Positions 21,549 through 34,162 of a stretch of 64,000 nucleotides of DNA are shown piece by piece. The stretch comes from Sporopachydermia quercuum (taxonomy: Eukaryota): assembly GCA_001599295.1 (NCBI GenBank), contig BCGN01000004.1:4138-68137 (forward strand), written 5' to 3'. Numbering within the stretch: the stretch's first letter is position 1; each line of letters starts with the position of its first letter. The notes under the pieces are model-generated. The model did not search any database. It had not been told where the DNA came from and worked only from the letters and a program-made list of their open reading frames with translations. Made by a program: the position numbers and the translations under genes.

Positions 21549-23663
21549 TTTGAATATCTCTGTGAGTTCACAAAATCAATAAAACCAAAAAGCAACTATG
21601 CTTGAATCTTATTGTGAAGAGTTTTGTCCCACTGACTATATCCTAAAGTATCTCTTGATATTGGTNAAATTTTCATGAGTTCAAATAAGANGAAATCTTT
21701 ACAGGGTTTCGAATCTTGAAAAATTAAAGAAATCTCGTTGGTCTTATATGCTAATTCAATTCTGATAGACTTCGAACGTCAAAGGCATTTAATCNACTCA
21801 GATTGCGATTTTTGATGGTAACCCCGAATTTCCGAGCACAGAATGATGTNTTCATTAAACTTAATCGTCAAATCAAGGGTGCATAGTATTTCATTATTGC
21901 TAACTATGAATAACACAGGGTATAAAGTACCGCAATATGGTGCGATCTTTCCCATCATCATAGTCCCTTTCATTTAACTAAGCAATTTAAGCTTTATAAT
22001 GAAATTGGGATAATATTTTTTACTCAGCACGGCTGATTGCATAACTCGAAGAGTGAAAGAATATACTTTACTAAAACGAATTATGGTGGACGACCGTCTA
22101 CTAGTTTGTTGACAGTGGTCTTCAGAACCAGTTGTGATACAAAGACTTCATCTGTTTACAACAAGTAAAGAATGATGATCTTTTATTCATCAATTAACGT
22201 TAGTTTACTTGATTGAGATAAGCTACGCTTAGTAAAAGCTAAGATTTCTTATTCGTTCTTATTCGCAAGTTACTCTTGGTAAAAAGCCAAGTTTTCCTTA
22301 TTCATTCTTGTTCACTTATCGCTATTGATCTTTACATTGAACATCGAATATGGTAAATGAAGAAACGGCCCGAATTGTGAATAAAATTGATCCCTGGTGT
22401 TAAACTTTATCTTTCTTATTACTTTTTTCCTTTCCTTTCTAGTATATGAGATCGATTAGAGGCTGAACTCTATCTAATAAAGGTAATTATGAACGACAAT
22501 ATCTCCTCGAAATTGCAAATATCAGAACCTTAATTATGGCTAAAATTTATGCTTTCGCTTAACATTTTTCAGTATTATGGGAAAATAATTGCGTGATGAG
22601 CATTAATCATTGATACATGATTGTATTTATTGTTAATCAACGCTTGTATTGAGATTATGAAAAATAATAGCTCAAAGGCTTCATTTCTAAGAGTTGTCGA
22701 TGTCAATTGAAATTGNTTATCCAACCAGGCGGCACATATACTTGCCAGAAAGGACCCAAAATGATTGGTGAGATAATATCTNCGCTAAGAAATTGCGTAA
22801 CTCATGAAACAGTAATNACAATTGCAACAACTACTGGCTGAAGGATTGATAAATAGAAGAAAGGAAGGAAAGAAGGAGAAAGAAATTTTTTTTTTTTTTA
22901 CTTAATGGTTCTGACTTGCAGTATAGNATTTTGTTTACTAACATATATATATTATTTAGATGTTCTGAAAAGAAAGAATTACATGGTATTTATTGACTTT
23001 CTTATTCTATTTTGCTCTATTGTTTTATTTACCGTTTACATTCTCTTTTACTGATTACGATCTTATTAGTATCTTATTAATATCTTTCCTCTGACTATAT
23101 ACATAATTATGTTAGAAAATATTATAACTTTCCCTTTTGATTTCATTACCTTTATTATCCCGAATATTTAATGTCATAATGTTACATTGAATTAATCTTT
23201 AGAATGATTGAAATATTAGAGCACAAACAAGTTCTCATAGTACATCTTATATTTGATTTGGTGGATTTATAGTATACGGGGATAATTTGATTCTGCTGTC
23301 ACTTTGTTTTCGGACACTGTACTCTATAGGACATTTGAAATAGCGGACAATCTACATACTATGACACAATCCTCCCAAAGATATATATTTCCGCCATATA
23401 AAATGTATGTGTAAAAGATAAAAGAGTTATCCGATCCTATTTATACTGTTGATTATCTTCTTTGTAATTATATTAGATTGTCAATGAGTAGGTTTCCCCG
23501 CTTTCTTTTAGTAAAACATTTCTCCAGACATTATTAAGTGATGAATGCCAGATATTATATCGGGACATTATTGTTTGTCCGGATATATATATNTATAGTA
23601 CATACTACGTATCAATCTAGTAGTTAGAAACCCATTCGAGGACACTTTTATTCAATATGACAA

Positions 23664-23720
23664 TCACGTGAGAGAACATCTAAACTTGATGTTTGTTCCA
23701 ATCTGATCACATATCACGTG
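23664..23720. promoter_or_regulatory. Paired Cbf1-type E-boxes (TCACGTG) upstream of JLP1
   Basis: ATCACGTGA (CACGTG core 23665-23670) and ATCACGTGG (core 23715-23720), 50 bp apart and 350-400 bp upstream of ATG 24072. Confidence 0.6.
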
Positions 23721-24071
23721 GAGATAGGACAATGTGCTAATATAGTCTTAATCTGAGAGAGAAAATTGTAATCTCTTAGCATTNTTACCACTTCATGATA
23801 TCATCGAAAATTTCCTTTCCCACTTTCGACTCATTCTAATGAAACCAGTGTGTCAATGCGGACTTTTGACATTTATAATTCCGTCTCTCTGTATGGGATA
23901 CAAAAAGCATTTAATGCTACTTTCTTCCAAAGTATTCAATATGATTATCTTTCACAGGAAATTGATACCTTTTATCAATTGAAAGCCTGAAATAGATCTG
24001 CGTTGCTTAGAATAGTGTTGCAGTAGTGTTTTATTGCCCCTACATCTCGGTATAATCAATATTTTCTCAAT

Positions 24072-25253
24072 ATGGCTCCTAGTGCTTCTGCAACTGTCAC
24101 TGTTGTTGAACAAAACGACAATGCTCGTCTTCTGAAAGACAAGAAAGCTGAAGAATTAAAAGATTTGGTGAATCCCAAAAGTTTTTACAACAGGCTCCCT
24201 TATAGAACTGTTGAAGATGAAAATGGAGATTTTATCATTCCTCCTGAAGATGCCAAGGAATCGGATTATCCCCAATTTTTGCCCTTTCATCATAGAGATT
24301 TAGTCTTTGATACACCTGATAGTTATGAGGTTGAGGATGTTGCTAAAAGGGCTGATCCTTCTCTTAAGAACTTATTTAACTCTGATGAGATCAAAACAAA
24401 AAACATTACTCCAAAGTTTGGAACTGAATTGAAAGGAATTCAGTTATCAAAGTTGAATAGTGCTCAAAGAGATGAACTCGCTCTTTATGTTCAAAAGAGG
24501 AAACTAGTTGTTTTACGTGATCAAGATCTTAAAGATCAACCTTTAGAGGACATTTCTAATTTTGGAAAGCATTTCGGTCCGCTACATATTCATCCTGCCG
24601 CTGCTGCAGTTAAAAGTTTTCCTGAAATCCTTACTGTTTACAGACCAGGATATTCTACAGACTATGAAAAGACTTTCAAAGACAGATTAAACTCTATCGC
24701 GTGGCATAGTGATATTTCTTTCGAAGAACAACCTGCTGGTATTTCATTTTTAGGAATCTTGCAACTGCCTGATAGCGGTGGTGATACATTATTTGCTGAT
24801 GCTGTTGAGGCTTATAACCGTTTGTCTCCTGCATTACAGAAATTCCTTGAAGGATTGACTGTTGTTCATTCCGGATTAGATTTTGGAAAATTGGCAAGTT
24901 CTCGGTTTGGCGATAAAGGAGTCAGGCGTAAAATTGCTATTAGTGAGCACCCAGTTGTTAGAACTCATCCTGTTACTGGTGAAAAGGCTTTATTTGTTAA
25001 TCCTAGTTTCTCAAGAAGAATTGTTCAATTGAAGAANGATGAATCTGATTGGCTGTTGAAATTCTTATATGATCATATTTCTAAAGGTCAAGATTTCCAT
25101 GCTAGAGCTAAATGGGAACCCGGTACTATCGTTGCTTGGGATAACAGATTAACTTTCCATAGTGCTTTATTCGATTGGGATACTAAGGAGACCAGACATG
25201 CTTTTAGATTAACTCCAATTGGAGAAAAACCGTATCTTGACGTGTCGGCCTAG
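24072..25253 (+). CDS. JLP1: TauD-family alpha-ketoglutarate-dependent sulfonate dioxygenase
   Basis: HFGPLHIHP, WHSDISFE (HxD), GGDTLFAD, HPVVRTHPVTG, WDNRLTFH. Confidence 0.9.
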   Translation: MAPSASATVTVVEQNDNARLLKDKKAEELKDLVNPKSFYNRLPYRTVEDENGDFIIPPEDAKESDYPQFLPFHHRDLVFDTPDSYEVEDVAKRADPSLKNLFNSDEIKTKNITPKFGTELKGIQLSKLNSAQRDELALYVQKRKLVVLRDQDLKDQPLEDISNFGKHFGPLHIHPAAAAVKSFPEILTVYRPGYSTDYEKTFKDRLNSIAWHSDISFEEQPAGISFLGILQLPDSGGDTLFADAVEAYNRLSPALQKFLEGLTVVHSGLDFGKLASSRFGDKGVRRKIAISEHPVVRTHPVTGEKALFVNPSFSRRIVQLKXDESDWLLKFLYDHISKGQDFHARAKWEPGTIVAWDNRLTFHSALFDWDTKETRHAFRLTPIGEKPYLDVSA

Positions 25254-27411
25254 AGGGCTTTTTTTTTTTTTTTTTGAGCTTTCAGATCACCACAAAATGA
25301 TGGGTTGATTTTTTCGTTTTTTATCAAAAGAGAGATTAGGTATANTGCTATAGATGAGCATATCTTAGTTTTTATTTAGACTTTCAATCTTATAACCGTA
25401 AAAATAACAGTAAAATTCAGTAAATTAAAGACGATATAGTTCTCCCTAGCGATTTTCAATCTAACAAATATGTCCACTGTAAATGGGAACTCTTTAGGAG
25501 ATTGCTAGTGCGAGATAAGGCTAATGAACAGACTTCTAAAGATATTAAAAGAAGAATTGGTTAATATGGCTCTAAAGAGCAATTATGTTTGGTAGATATG
25601 TAGAAGAAGGGAGAATATCGGGTCTCCATCGCAGACACTTNTGTGGTATGTCTCTACTTCAAACCCTTCCAAGTGAAGTGGAGGTAAAGTTTTCGGTATT
25701 TCTGTTTTAAGTTTCAAGAGATGACAAGAAATAATTTCGCTTAATTAAACGNTCATAACTGTTTTAGAGGTAAGTTAACGATAATAAGTTTGAATTACTT
25801 CTTATAAGAGAAAGACATTAGACTTCCAAGCTTAAAACGCTGCTCCACATTGCGATCCTCAAAAGCACTCATCAACTTTTTCTTTTTAAAGCCTGAAAAT
25901 TTAATTTCTTGTTTCTATTCCTTTGATTCCTTTATAAATGTTGACAGAATTATCGAATATTACATCTCAAGAGATTGAATTCTGGAGCGGCATCTTCTAA
26001 ACTCTGAGTCAGATAATTTCACTAGTAATAATATAGAATCTATTCATCAGATCTTACCAATTATATAAGATAAACAATCAAGTTGAGAGTTGTAAGTTCT
26101 AACGGTAAAACCNTATATAAGGCATGAGACATGAAGGGTCAAATTAATCCTACTCAAAGTACTATCAATGAGTACAGTGTAGAAAGCTATTGGATCATTA
26201 CAAGTTCTCTTCCTAGACTTTGTTACTTTTGCAGTTTGAAGATTGGTAATAATCCAGTGGAGACAAAAAGGCAGGAAGACAATAAAGCTTATTTATTGCA
26301 TATAGTGACCGCACATGGATCAGTACTATCATTGCTCTCTTCCCACTTCTCAAAGTGAAAGTACAGCTATTGCTATCTTTGCTTACGGATTCAGAGACTC
26401 AGTTTTCATCATCTTGTCGTCTATGAAGAATCTTTTCATAAAATCCCAGACTATAAGCTATCAAAATGAACATAGTAGTTATAATCTGGAGGAAGAGAAA
26501 CATAGCGACTCTTTTGGTCATTTGAAGTGAATTGTCCATGAATCTTCAATTCAGGCATTCGAGTTCACTGCACAGACGAATGACTTGGGGATTTTCTAAG
26601 TAACCCTTCTTGGTAGGCTGAGAATGGCTCTTTAGTTCCCAATGATTGAATAAGGCAAAAAAAAAATAAGAAGAGGCTGAGATACTACCAGGCGAGAGTA
26701 AAAAATAACTAACCACCAAAGGTACGAACTCAACTTAAATGAACATTTGAACACATGATTCTTCCTCTGGGATGAAGAATGGCGTTTTCATAACAACCAC
26801 AATGTTTCATGAGATTCAATTTGCCAATTGATAGTTTAGGTTTTTATAACGACGCCTAGTAATGTTAAGATCAGCGCATGAAGTCTGATTCAAAACAATG
26901 AAACGAAGGCTTATGACTGATGCCAGAAGAGCGTATTACCAACTTCCTTTCAGATTTGATTACTATTTTGTTTGAATTAAATATATAAAGATCCCCAGGT
27001 TGACATTGTTTATAACCGGGTCAAGTATTAATGAGGATTCGTTGAAGTCCCATCGACAAAGCAGAGGGGAGCAAAAGGAAGTATCCATATTTGAGGGGGC
27101 GCTTTTCAATATTATGATTTATTGTATGTGTCACAATACTCCAATGATGCCAAATGATGATTCATGTGTATCTCATTAAGCTTCAAATAAACTCAAAGCG
27201 TTCACCCCAACTGAAGTTACATCAAATAAGTACTACGGAACTTTGTCAAAAGTGAACTAGTGTGTGAATTTGAACAAGAGATGCTCAAACAGCTTTTGTT
27301 TATNCAAACCTGAAATCCTTATCTTACATTCAATATACACTGTTTAAATCATTATGCCCCATTTCATTCATTAGTAGCTATTAAAAAATTAAACCCTTTC
27401 TAGGCTTATTA

Positions 27412-28530
27412 CTAGATTCTAAGTATTTCGGCTGCCGCTTTCAGATCATCAACATTAAGTATATCTTCTCCAACATCTTCAACTAAATTCCTCCATATCC
27501 TTCTACTCACATTTTTAGGGATCGTTGGGGTGTCCCATATTCTTACTAAATACCCATCTTTTTGAGCTTTGCGTACTTTGGCTTTTAGATCTAATATATC
27601 TTTTTCAGTGAGATATGAAAACTTTCTCCAGAAACTTCTTGGCTCTATTAAATCCCAAAGCGAGCACGATGCCATAACGGACAACTCTTTGAATTGTTCA
27701 TCAATAGCCGGTGCGTTAGCTAAAGGTGCATCAATGAAAAAGAAACGCTTTCCTTGCATGTAGGTCTTCTTTACAATTTCCAGAGGATAATTTCCTGTTA
27801 TCACCAGTGTTATTGGTCCGTAATTGATGCTTCTAGTTTCATAATCATAATACGAAAGATATCCTTGATCTTCAAAAGGTTGAAATTGTTCTCTTATAAG
27901 TCGTAGTGCATCTATAGGAGCATTTTTGATATCTATGAGAAAATACAGTGTTGTCGTTGCATTTGCTATTAAAGATGGGGAAAATCTCAACCCAACCCTC
28001 TGCTTTATAACACTTAATGTTGCATCATTATCTAATTCTCTCTCAGTTGAATTATAAACTATCTGCAGGATTTGATATAAATCATTAAGGTATAACGACT
28101 GTAAAGTATTGCCCCCTTTTAATGTGAAACTTCTATGTCCAACTAATAAATCTTGAGCGTACTTATCTACCCATACATCTGCTTCGAAACTGATTGCTCC
28201 TATTGATAGTGCATCATACATTGGAATTTTCCTCCAGTAATCATTATGAGAATGAACAGGTATTCTCCGATACTCTTCATTTAACTCTAACAAGTGTTGA
28301 TTCGAAGCTGAGCATTCACCCGTCGTTTTGTCATAAATATAACAGTTTCCCTTTATACTGAAGTCACGAGTGACATACGTTACATCCGATAGTACTAAAC
28401 TAACAATCAGAATCATCGAAATCATTGCCGATATACTTGTAAGTATCAAGAACTTTCTATTTAATTTAACTGACTTCGCAACTCGAGTTTGAATGTCTCG
28501 TATTTCACGATTAATATATTTTATGCCCAT
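27412..28530 (-). CDS. AIM6: AIM6-family PLC-like phosphodiesterase-fold protein with an N-terminal membrane anchor
   Basis: IPVHSHNDYWR..P..DAL..G..S.EADVW, LLVGH, LIDIK, VITGN, RIWDTP, LNVDDL. Confidence 0.85.
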   Translation of the reverse strand: MGIKYINREIRDIQTRVAKSVKLNRKFLILTSISAMISMILIVSLVLSDVTYVTRDFSIKGNCYIYDKTTGECSASNQHLLELNEEYRRIPVHSHNDYWRKIPMYDALSIGAISFEADVWVDKYAQDLLVGHRSFTLKGGNTLQSLYLNDLYQILQIVYNSTERELDNDATLSVIKQRVGLRFSPSLIANATTTLYFLIDIKNAPIDALRLIREQFQPFEDQGYLSYYDYETRSINYGPITLVITGNYPLEIVKKTYMQGKRFFFIDAPLANAPAIDEQFKELSVMASCSLWDLIEPRSFWRKFSYLTEKDILDLKAKVRKAQKDGYLVRIWDTPTIPKNVSRRIWRNLVEDVGEDILNVDDLKAAAEILRI

Positions 28531-30490
28531 TTTTCACTCCCCACCTGAATTGAATCCTATGCTGATAAGTGTAATGTCTTATGTGGTTTGAGATTAAATC
28601 CCTAGCACTTTTTATGAATGCTTCTTGAATTGAAAGTAATTAAACTATTACAGATTATTAACTTTCATTATCTCTTTGCTGTTATACTGTTCACCTCAGG
28701 TATTCTTTCAAATATGTTTTAACAACTATTTGCCTGCTATATCTTTTCCATATCTATTTACCTCTCTATCTTTCTTGTTGCTCTAAATCCACCGCTGGTG
28801 TAATAAGAATAAAGCCTATTTAACAGAACTTTGAAAATACAAAACCAATAATTCACTGCCAAAGCCAACAGAATACTTAATTTCAATTCGAAGGACGATC
28901 CAATCTGTTTTTATATCTTTATTCGAACCAGAGTGAATAAAAAATAACTTATAAGAGAATGTAGAAAAAAGANTTCGGCCCGGTGTTTATGGATTTTGAA
29001 GACGCTGCAGTTCGTAATTCTATCCGCAGAATTCCTTAGTAACAGAAAAGGCAGAAATGTTCCAGAGTGGAAATCAAATTCCTGAATGGTAAAAGAAATA
29101 GGTGTAATTTGAGAACTTTAACGGGGATCAGATCGGTAAGAAGAAACCTTAATAAGGGCGTCGGATGGTATCTGGTCATTGAATAAAATATTTCATTTAG
29201 CAAGCGATTCTTGACCTGCTTCAGAGCATACTCTGATATGTATATTACTATAATATGTAATATTATATATGCACATAGTTGCTTTTGAAAGCCGTAAATT
29301 GTTTCCTTTCTAATTTTTCCTTTCTTTCCCTTTTCATAGTCTTCATTATGCACCCTGAGGAAGAAAAAATAAAAGCGTTTTGCACCAGCCTTAAAGTTAA
29401 CAACCTTAATCTTAATGTNCGATTTCAATAGGGTCCCAGTTTTTCTGATGAAAGATTAGTCAGTTAATTAATATTGACAGAAAAAGTAGCTTGTTGAGAG
29501 AATTAATAATGGGTTGACAGTAATTCATAATTAAATTGATATTTTGCTTGTTATGTTCTGAAATAACACATTTTTTTGTACGACAGAGATAGACGCNGTG
29601 GTGTGGGTCTCACTTTTTGTAAAATAATATCATCCTTACGCTGAAATAATCGAGCCATGCATCTGGATTTCCACTACAATCACAGTCAAAACTATCTGTA
29701 AAGTGAAAAACATCTTCGAAGACAATGTCCTGGTGTTCTGATAGCCCCATCAGATTTCTTCGTTATCAGCACTTTGATCGATTGTACTTTCTCTCTTTGT
29801 AGCCACGTGGTACAACCTGCTCATTTTTAACTGTGTGCAACCTCAAGCCATGTGCTTTGAGATGGTTGCGTCCATTGATTGATGGAGTGTGACTGTAAAA
29901 GGATTATATTCTCTAGTTATTAAGCTGAAACCTATCAAACATTAAACAAATATATATATATATATATACTTCATGCATGTTGCAAGTTCTTCCGCTATTA
30001 TGGATATTTCAATTTCATTCCAGCGTTAATATATACCTCAATTTGAGTTATTTCACATGATCCTGCCCAGTTAACTAAGAGATTACTCTTACTTCAAATG
30101 TTTGGAATCCATACAACTATAAACCAACAAGTTGAAACCAATATAGTATAATGACCTTTTATTAAATCCTTGTAATCTTCTCTAATCGTTTCTGAATAAC
30201 TGCCATTTTCCTCTTGATATAATCCTCATTTACGAGTCTTCCTTATTTATAAATGATTTCAAATAAGGAGGGGAAGTGCCCTGAAATTGCAGATAATTTA
30301 GAGTTTTGGAACTGCCAATTTTTAAGCTCTCACAAGTTTATCCCTTCTTCGAAAAGGAAAGTGTCAAAAAAGTTTATTAGCTTTTTCTATTTGATGACAG
30401 TAAAAATAAGTTTATTTCTACAATGATGATCCCCTTGGTTACTAACATAGACGTGGATTCTAATTAAAATTATATAACACACATTCTTCA

Positions 30491-33400
30491 TTATAAACGA
30501 AGAAATTTAGACATGTATGTAGGCTGTCTATCTCCAGAATTAGCACTGAGAATAACTTCACGACTGATACTTCTACAGTCACTAATCACATCAGCAGCCC
30601 ATTTACTATCAATTGATGGATGACTTTTTCTCTTAGCCTTGATAAAAAACTCAACAAATGCAACAGGACAATCCCAGTAGTCGTTCAAGATCTCCTCGTA
30701 TTTAGTAGTGAGTTGTTTCCATGTTTCGTTATCTTGTTTGGCCAGATCAATCTCCAATAGATCAATCAAATGCTCAAACATCCGAAATTCTAATTGCACA
30801 GAGCTTGGCTCTGTATACTGCGTAAAGAAATCGTACAAAACCCCAACATCTCGTTTGATTGCTTCCAAGCATTTAGGGAAATCCAGACCACTACCTGAGA
30901 TATGTAAAGCATTTGCTGCAGCTTCAGACTTGCTCTGTCCACTGACACTTTCGCCAGCTTCGTCCAGCTTATGGTGATTTGGTTTTAAGCATGTTAGATA
31001 ATTAACTACAGTAGCATCCAACACATCTTCTACCATAACTTCAAATAAGTAAGGGTTAAGGTTCTGTTGAAACTCCTGGAAATAATCTTGTAGCGTATCT
31101 TTGATCTGTATTGTATAATTGACATTAGAATGCCATTTCTTACCAAATATATGTCTGAATGGGTCATTAAGATCAGCAAATATTATCTTGATAAGTCCAT
31201 CAACACATTGTTTTGCTAAAGCTGCATATTCATCAATCAATTTATTCAAACAAGCTGATATCTCTACCTTATATTTCTTGCTCACCATGCCCAAGCATTT
31301 ATTGAGAATAGATTCTGTATAGTCTGCACTTTTGATTTGATCATTGGCAAATGCAATCAAATACTCAATCAATCCACCAGGAAATTCGTCTTCCACTCCT
31401 AAAGCCTCATTGCTATCATCGTGTCTTCTCAACTTGACAAACATGGACTTTCTCTTCTGCTTATTTGTATGTTGTTTATCATAAATCAGCTGCTGGCGTA
31501 TTTCATTCTGGACCAGATTACTCCATTTCTCTTGCCGTTTAGTAAGCAAAACTGCAAACTCTTTGATCACACCAGAAAGAATTCTAGCCTGTCCCGAGTC
31601 AGCGGCTACCTCTGCCTGCTGACTGAACATCTTATATACAATATTGGCACCTTTCAAGCCCAAATAGTTATCAGAATCAAGCTCTGGAGCTGCTTCCCTA
31701 GTAAGGAATTCCTTTGTTTCTGTTTCCATGATGTTTTGAATCCATTCTTTCATCTTGGTCACCAGCAAGTTGAGATATTCATCCAGCAGCTCAAGCTTTT
31801 TATGACCAAGCAACAACGATTTCAATTCTCTTCGGGTCTGCGACTTCTTTCCTTCTCCTTCTTTATTACCACTGTCTTCTTCAATAGCCATAGTATTCTC
31901 TTCTAAATACTCTTTCGCAATGCCTAGCTCATTATACATTACATCATTATATGTCTTATCAAACTCCAGAATACGTAGAACTTCTACTGCTTGAATGTCA
32001 GGGTTCTTGAGTAATCCTAGTACTAAATTCTTAGTTTCAGCATGATAGAAATTATAGAAAACAGCAAAAATGTTCCATCGTTCGGGAACAAGATACTGAA
32101 CTTCTTGTTTCACCAGAAACAAATCGTTGAATATCCAATCCAAGTTGTCCAGCAAAGAGAACAAGTCGTCACCAAAGGCATTCTTACAGTTCTGAAACGT
32201 TTCTTGAACTGATTGCCCAATAGCTTGAAAAAATCGCTCTTTGTAGAAATACGGTTTTTTTCTTTCAGTCAGATTTCTACCAGGAAATGTCTTATTCAGT
32301 TCCTTAGCTTTTGCTTGGCCCATTGTTCCACCTCGGAACTCCTTGCGCAGCTTTTCCTTCTGTTTCTCGTATATATTATTAATAATTCGCGTTTTCAAGT
32401 CTTCTTTCTCTTCAAAATCAATGATCTTGGCTACACGAACGACCAGGCTTTGGTTGTCCTCTCTGACAATTTCCAGAATTCCTCCCGCTATATCTATTAG
32501 ATTATCATCGAACATTTGAACTACACGTTGTAAAGGTTGGAAATGACGCGTTACTGTTCTTCTAGTATCTTCACTGCCGGCAGCTGCTAGTAGGGACAGC
32601 TTGTCTTCCAGATATCGTAGTTTGAGCAGATGGTAATGAGAGGCTAGCAAGTTGGGCATTTCAGAGTTTAGTTGAACTGTAGAGGTGTTAGATAAAGCGT
32701 GAAAAACAGGGATAACTCATGCAGTTGAACACTTCTAATCGCATTAGAAAGTATCAAAGGATACTTACATTCACCATCGGCCAGGATCAATTGTTTGCAA
32801 AAATCAATATCATCGTGAAGCGTTTTAAGACTATCGTATATCCTTAATGATTCAACGAAATTATCATGGATTTTTGACATCTATACAGAAGGATTGTTAG
32901 GCGAAACGAGTTTATGATTTCGTTATTGAAACGGTTTTCTAGAATAAATATTTCAATCCATATCACATACATCAGAAATTATCTCATAATCTTTCACTGA
33001 GCTGAATGAATCATCAGCTATTTTATTGACCTTTAGGACTGTTAGTTGATTTCTTTTAAAGGAGCATAAACACATCAAAAATTTTATTTCTTTAGTCTCA
33101 TTTCTCGTCCACCCTTACCTTTGCCAGGTTCTTCTTCAAAGCAGAGATGGATGTTTTCGCTGAGTTAAGAGCAGCTATCCCGCTCATAGAATCTTCAATC
33201 TGTGTCTGGGCAGCTGCTCTTAGATGAACATCGACTGCAGTTTTCTCTTTCACAAATCGTTCTTTAATAATAGATATATTGTCCAAGTCCTGCAATATTT
33301 GGTCAGTTGTTTCCGTTGTTGATCTAGCAGTAGAATTGAATCACATACGAATCATTAAAAGTTATCAACACTACCGGTACAAGGAATCGGTGGTGTTCCA

Positions 33401-33583
33401 CTTACATCTTGAGATTTTATAAGCTCAGAAACCCTGTATGCAGTTAGAATCATTAATCTCAAGAGTGGAAGGAATGTAACTTCATAATTGAGTAAAATCT
33501 GTTACTTTTTTTTTAATTGTTTGTTTGACAGTCGAATCTTATCACAATACGTACTTTAGAAGAGCTGATGAAGTATCAGTCAT
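30491..33583 (-). CDS. SEC6: Exocyst subunit Sec6; exons 33583-33555, 33433-33406, 33289-33119, 33030-32971, 32880-32769, 32676-30491 (861 aa)
   Basis: Five introns with GTACGT/GTAAGT/GTAAGG/GTATGT donors, CTAAC/CTGAC branch points and AG acceptors. Exons sum to 2586 nt in frame. Protein has VRVAKIIDFEEKED, GGLIEYLIAFANDQIKSADY and PTYMSK. Confidence 0.92.
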
Positions 33584-34162
33584 GATGCTTTCTTGATCGT
33601 AATTCTATCCATATGTTATGACTATGAACACCAATTCTTGAAATCCATCAAAAGATATCAAACGACCTATTCAGAGAACTTTTTCTCCACATCAAATCAA
33701 ATATCTTCATATCTATATTCTATCGAATGTAATAATAGTAGAATAGCATATATTGTCTGTTCTAGATAATCCTTTGTTTCTGTTGCCAGTTCAATTGGTG
33801 TTCTATGAATAGGGACAGGAGAATAACGGACGATCAAAATGAAGCTTTTGTCCTAATATGTCATGTGATATAAATCTGACTAATCAGGAAATGGAGGTTC
33901 GGACGAACACGATAAAGGATGACTTTTTACTTTATCTTATTTTCTTATTCAAGGCAGGATACAATTGATTGTTGCTTGTTGCTTGTTGATTATTGTTACA
34001 GTGGGATTCATCAATATTCTTGATATCAAAGAGCGTTCTTGTAGAATCTCTGTGGTTTGCACTGTTGTTGGAAACAAGTCTCTTGTTAGCTCATCGTACA
34101 CCCACATTACTGCAGCGCGTGGGACTGTAATATAGGTGATTGGTTCAGTAAGCAGATTCAAA

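Noticed and set aside
25500..27300. Short ORFs between JLP1 and AIM6, including a 46-aa hydrophobic minus-strand ORF near 26400-26540
   Set aside because: No recognisable homology or splice structure; consistent with chance ORFs.
29864..29880. GGTTGCGTCCAT resembling the 5S rRNA 5' end
   Set aside because: The similarity stops after ~12 nt. No tRNA, rRNA or snRNA gene was recognised anywhere in the window by eye.
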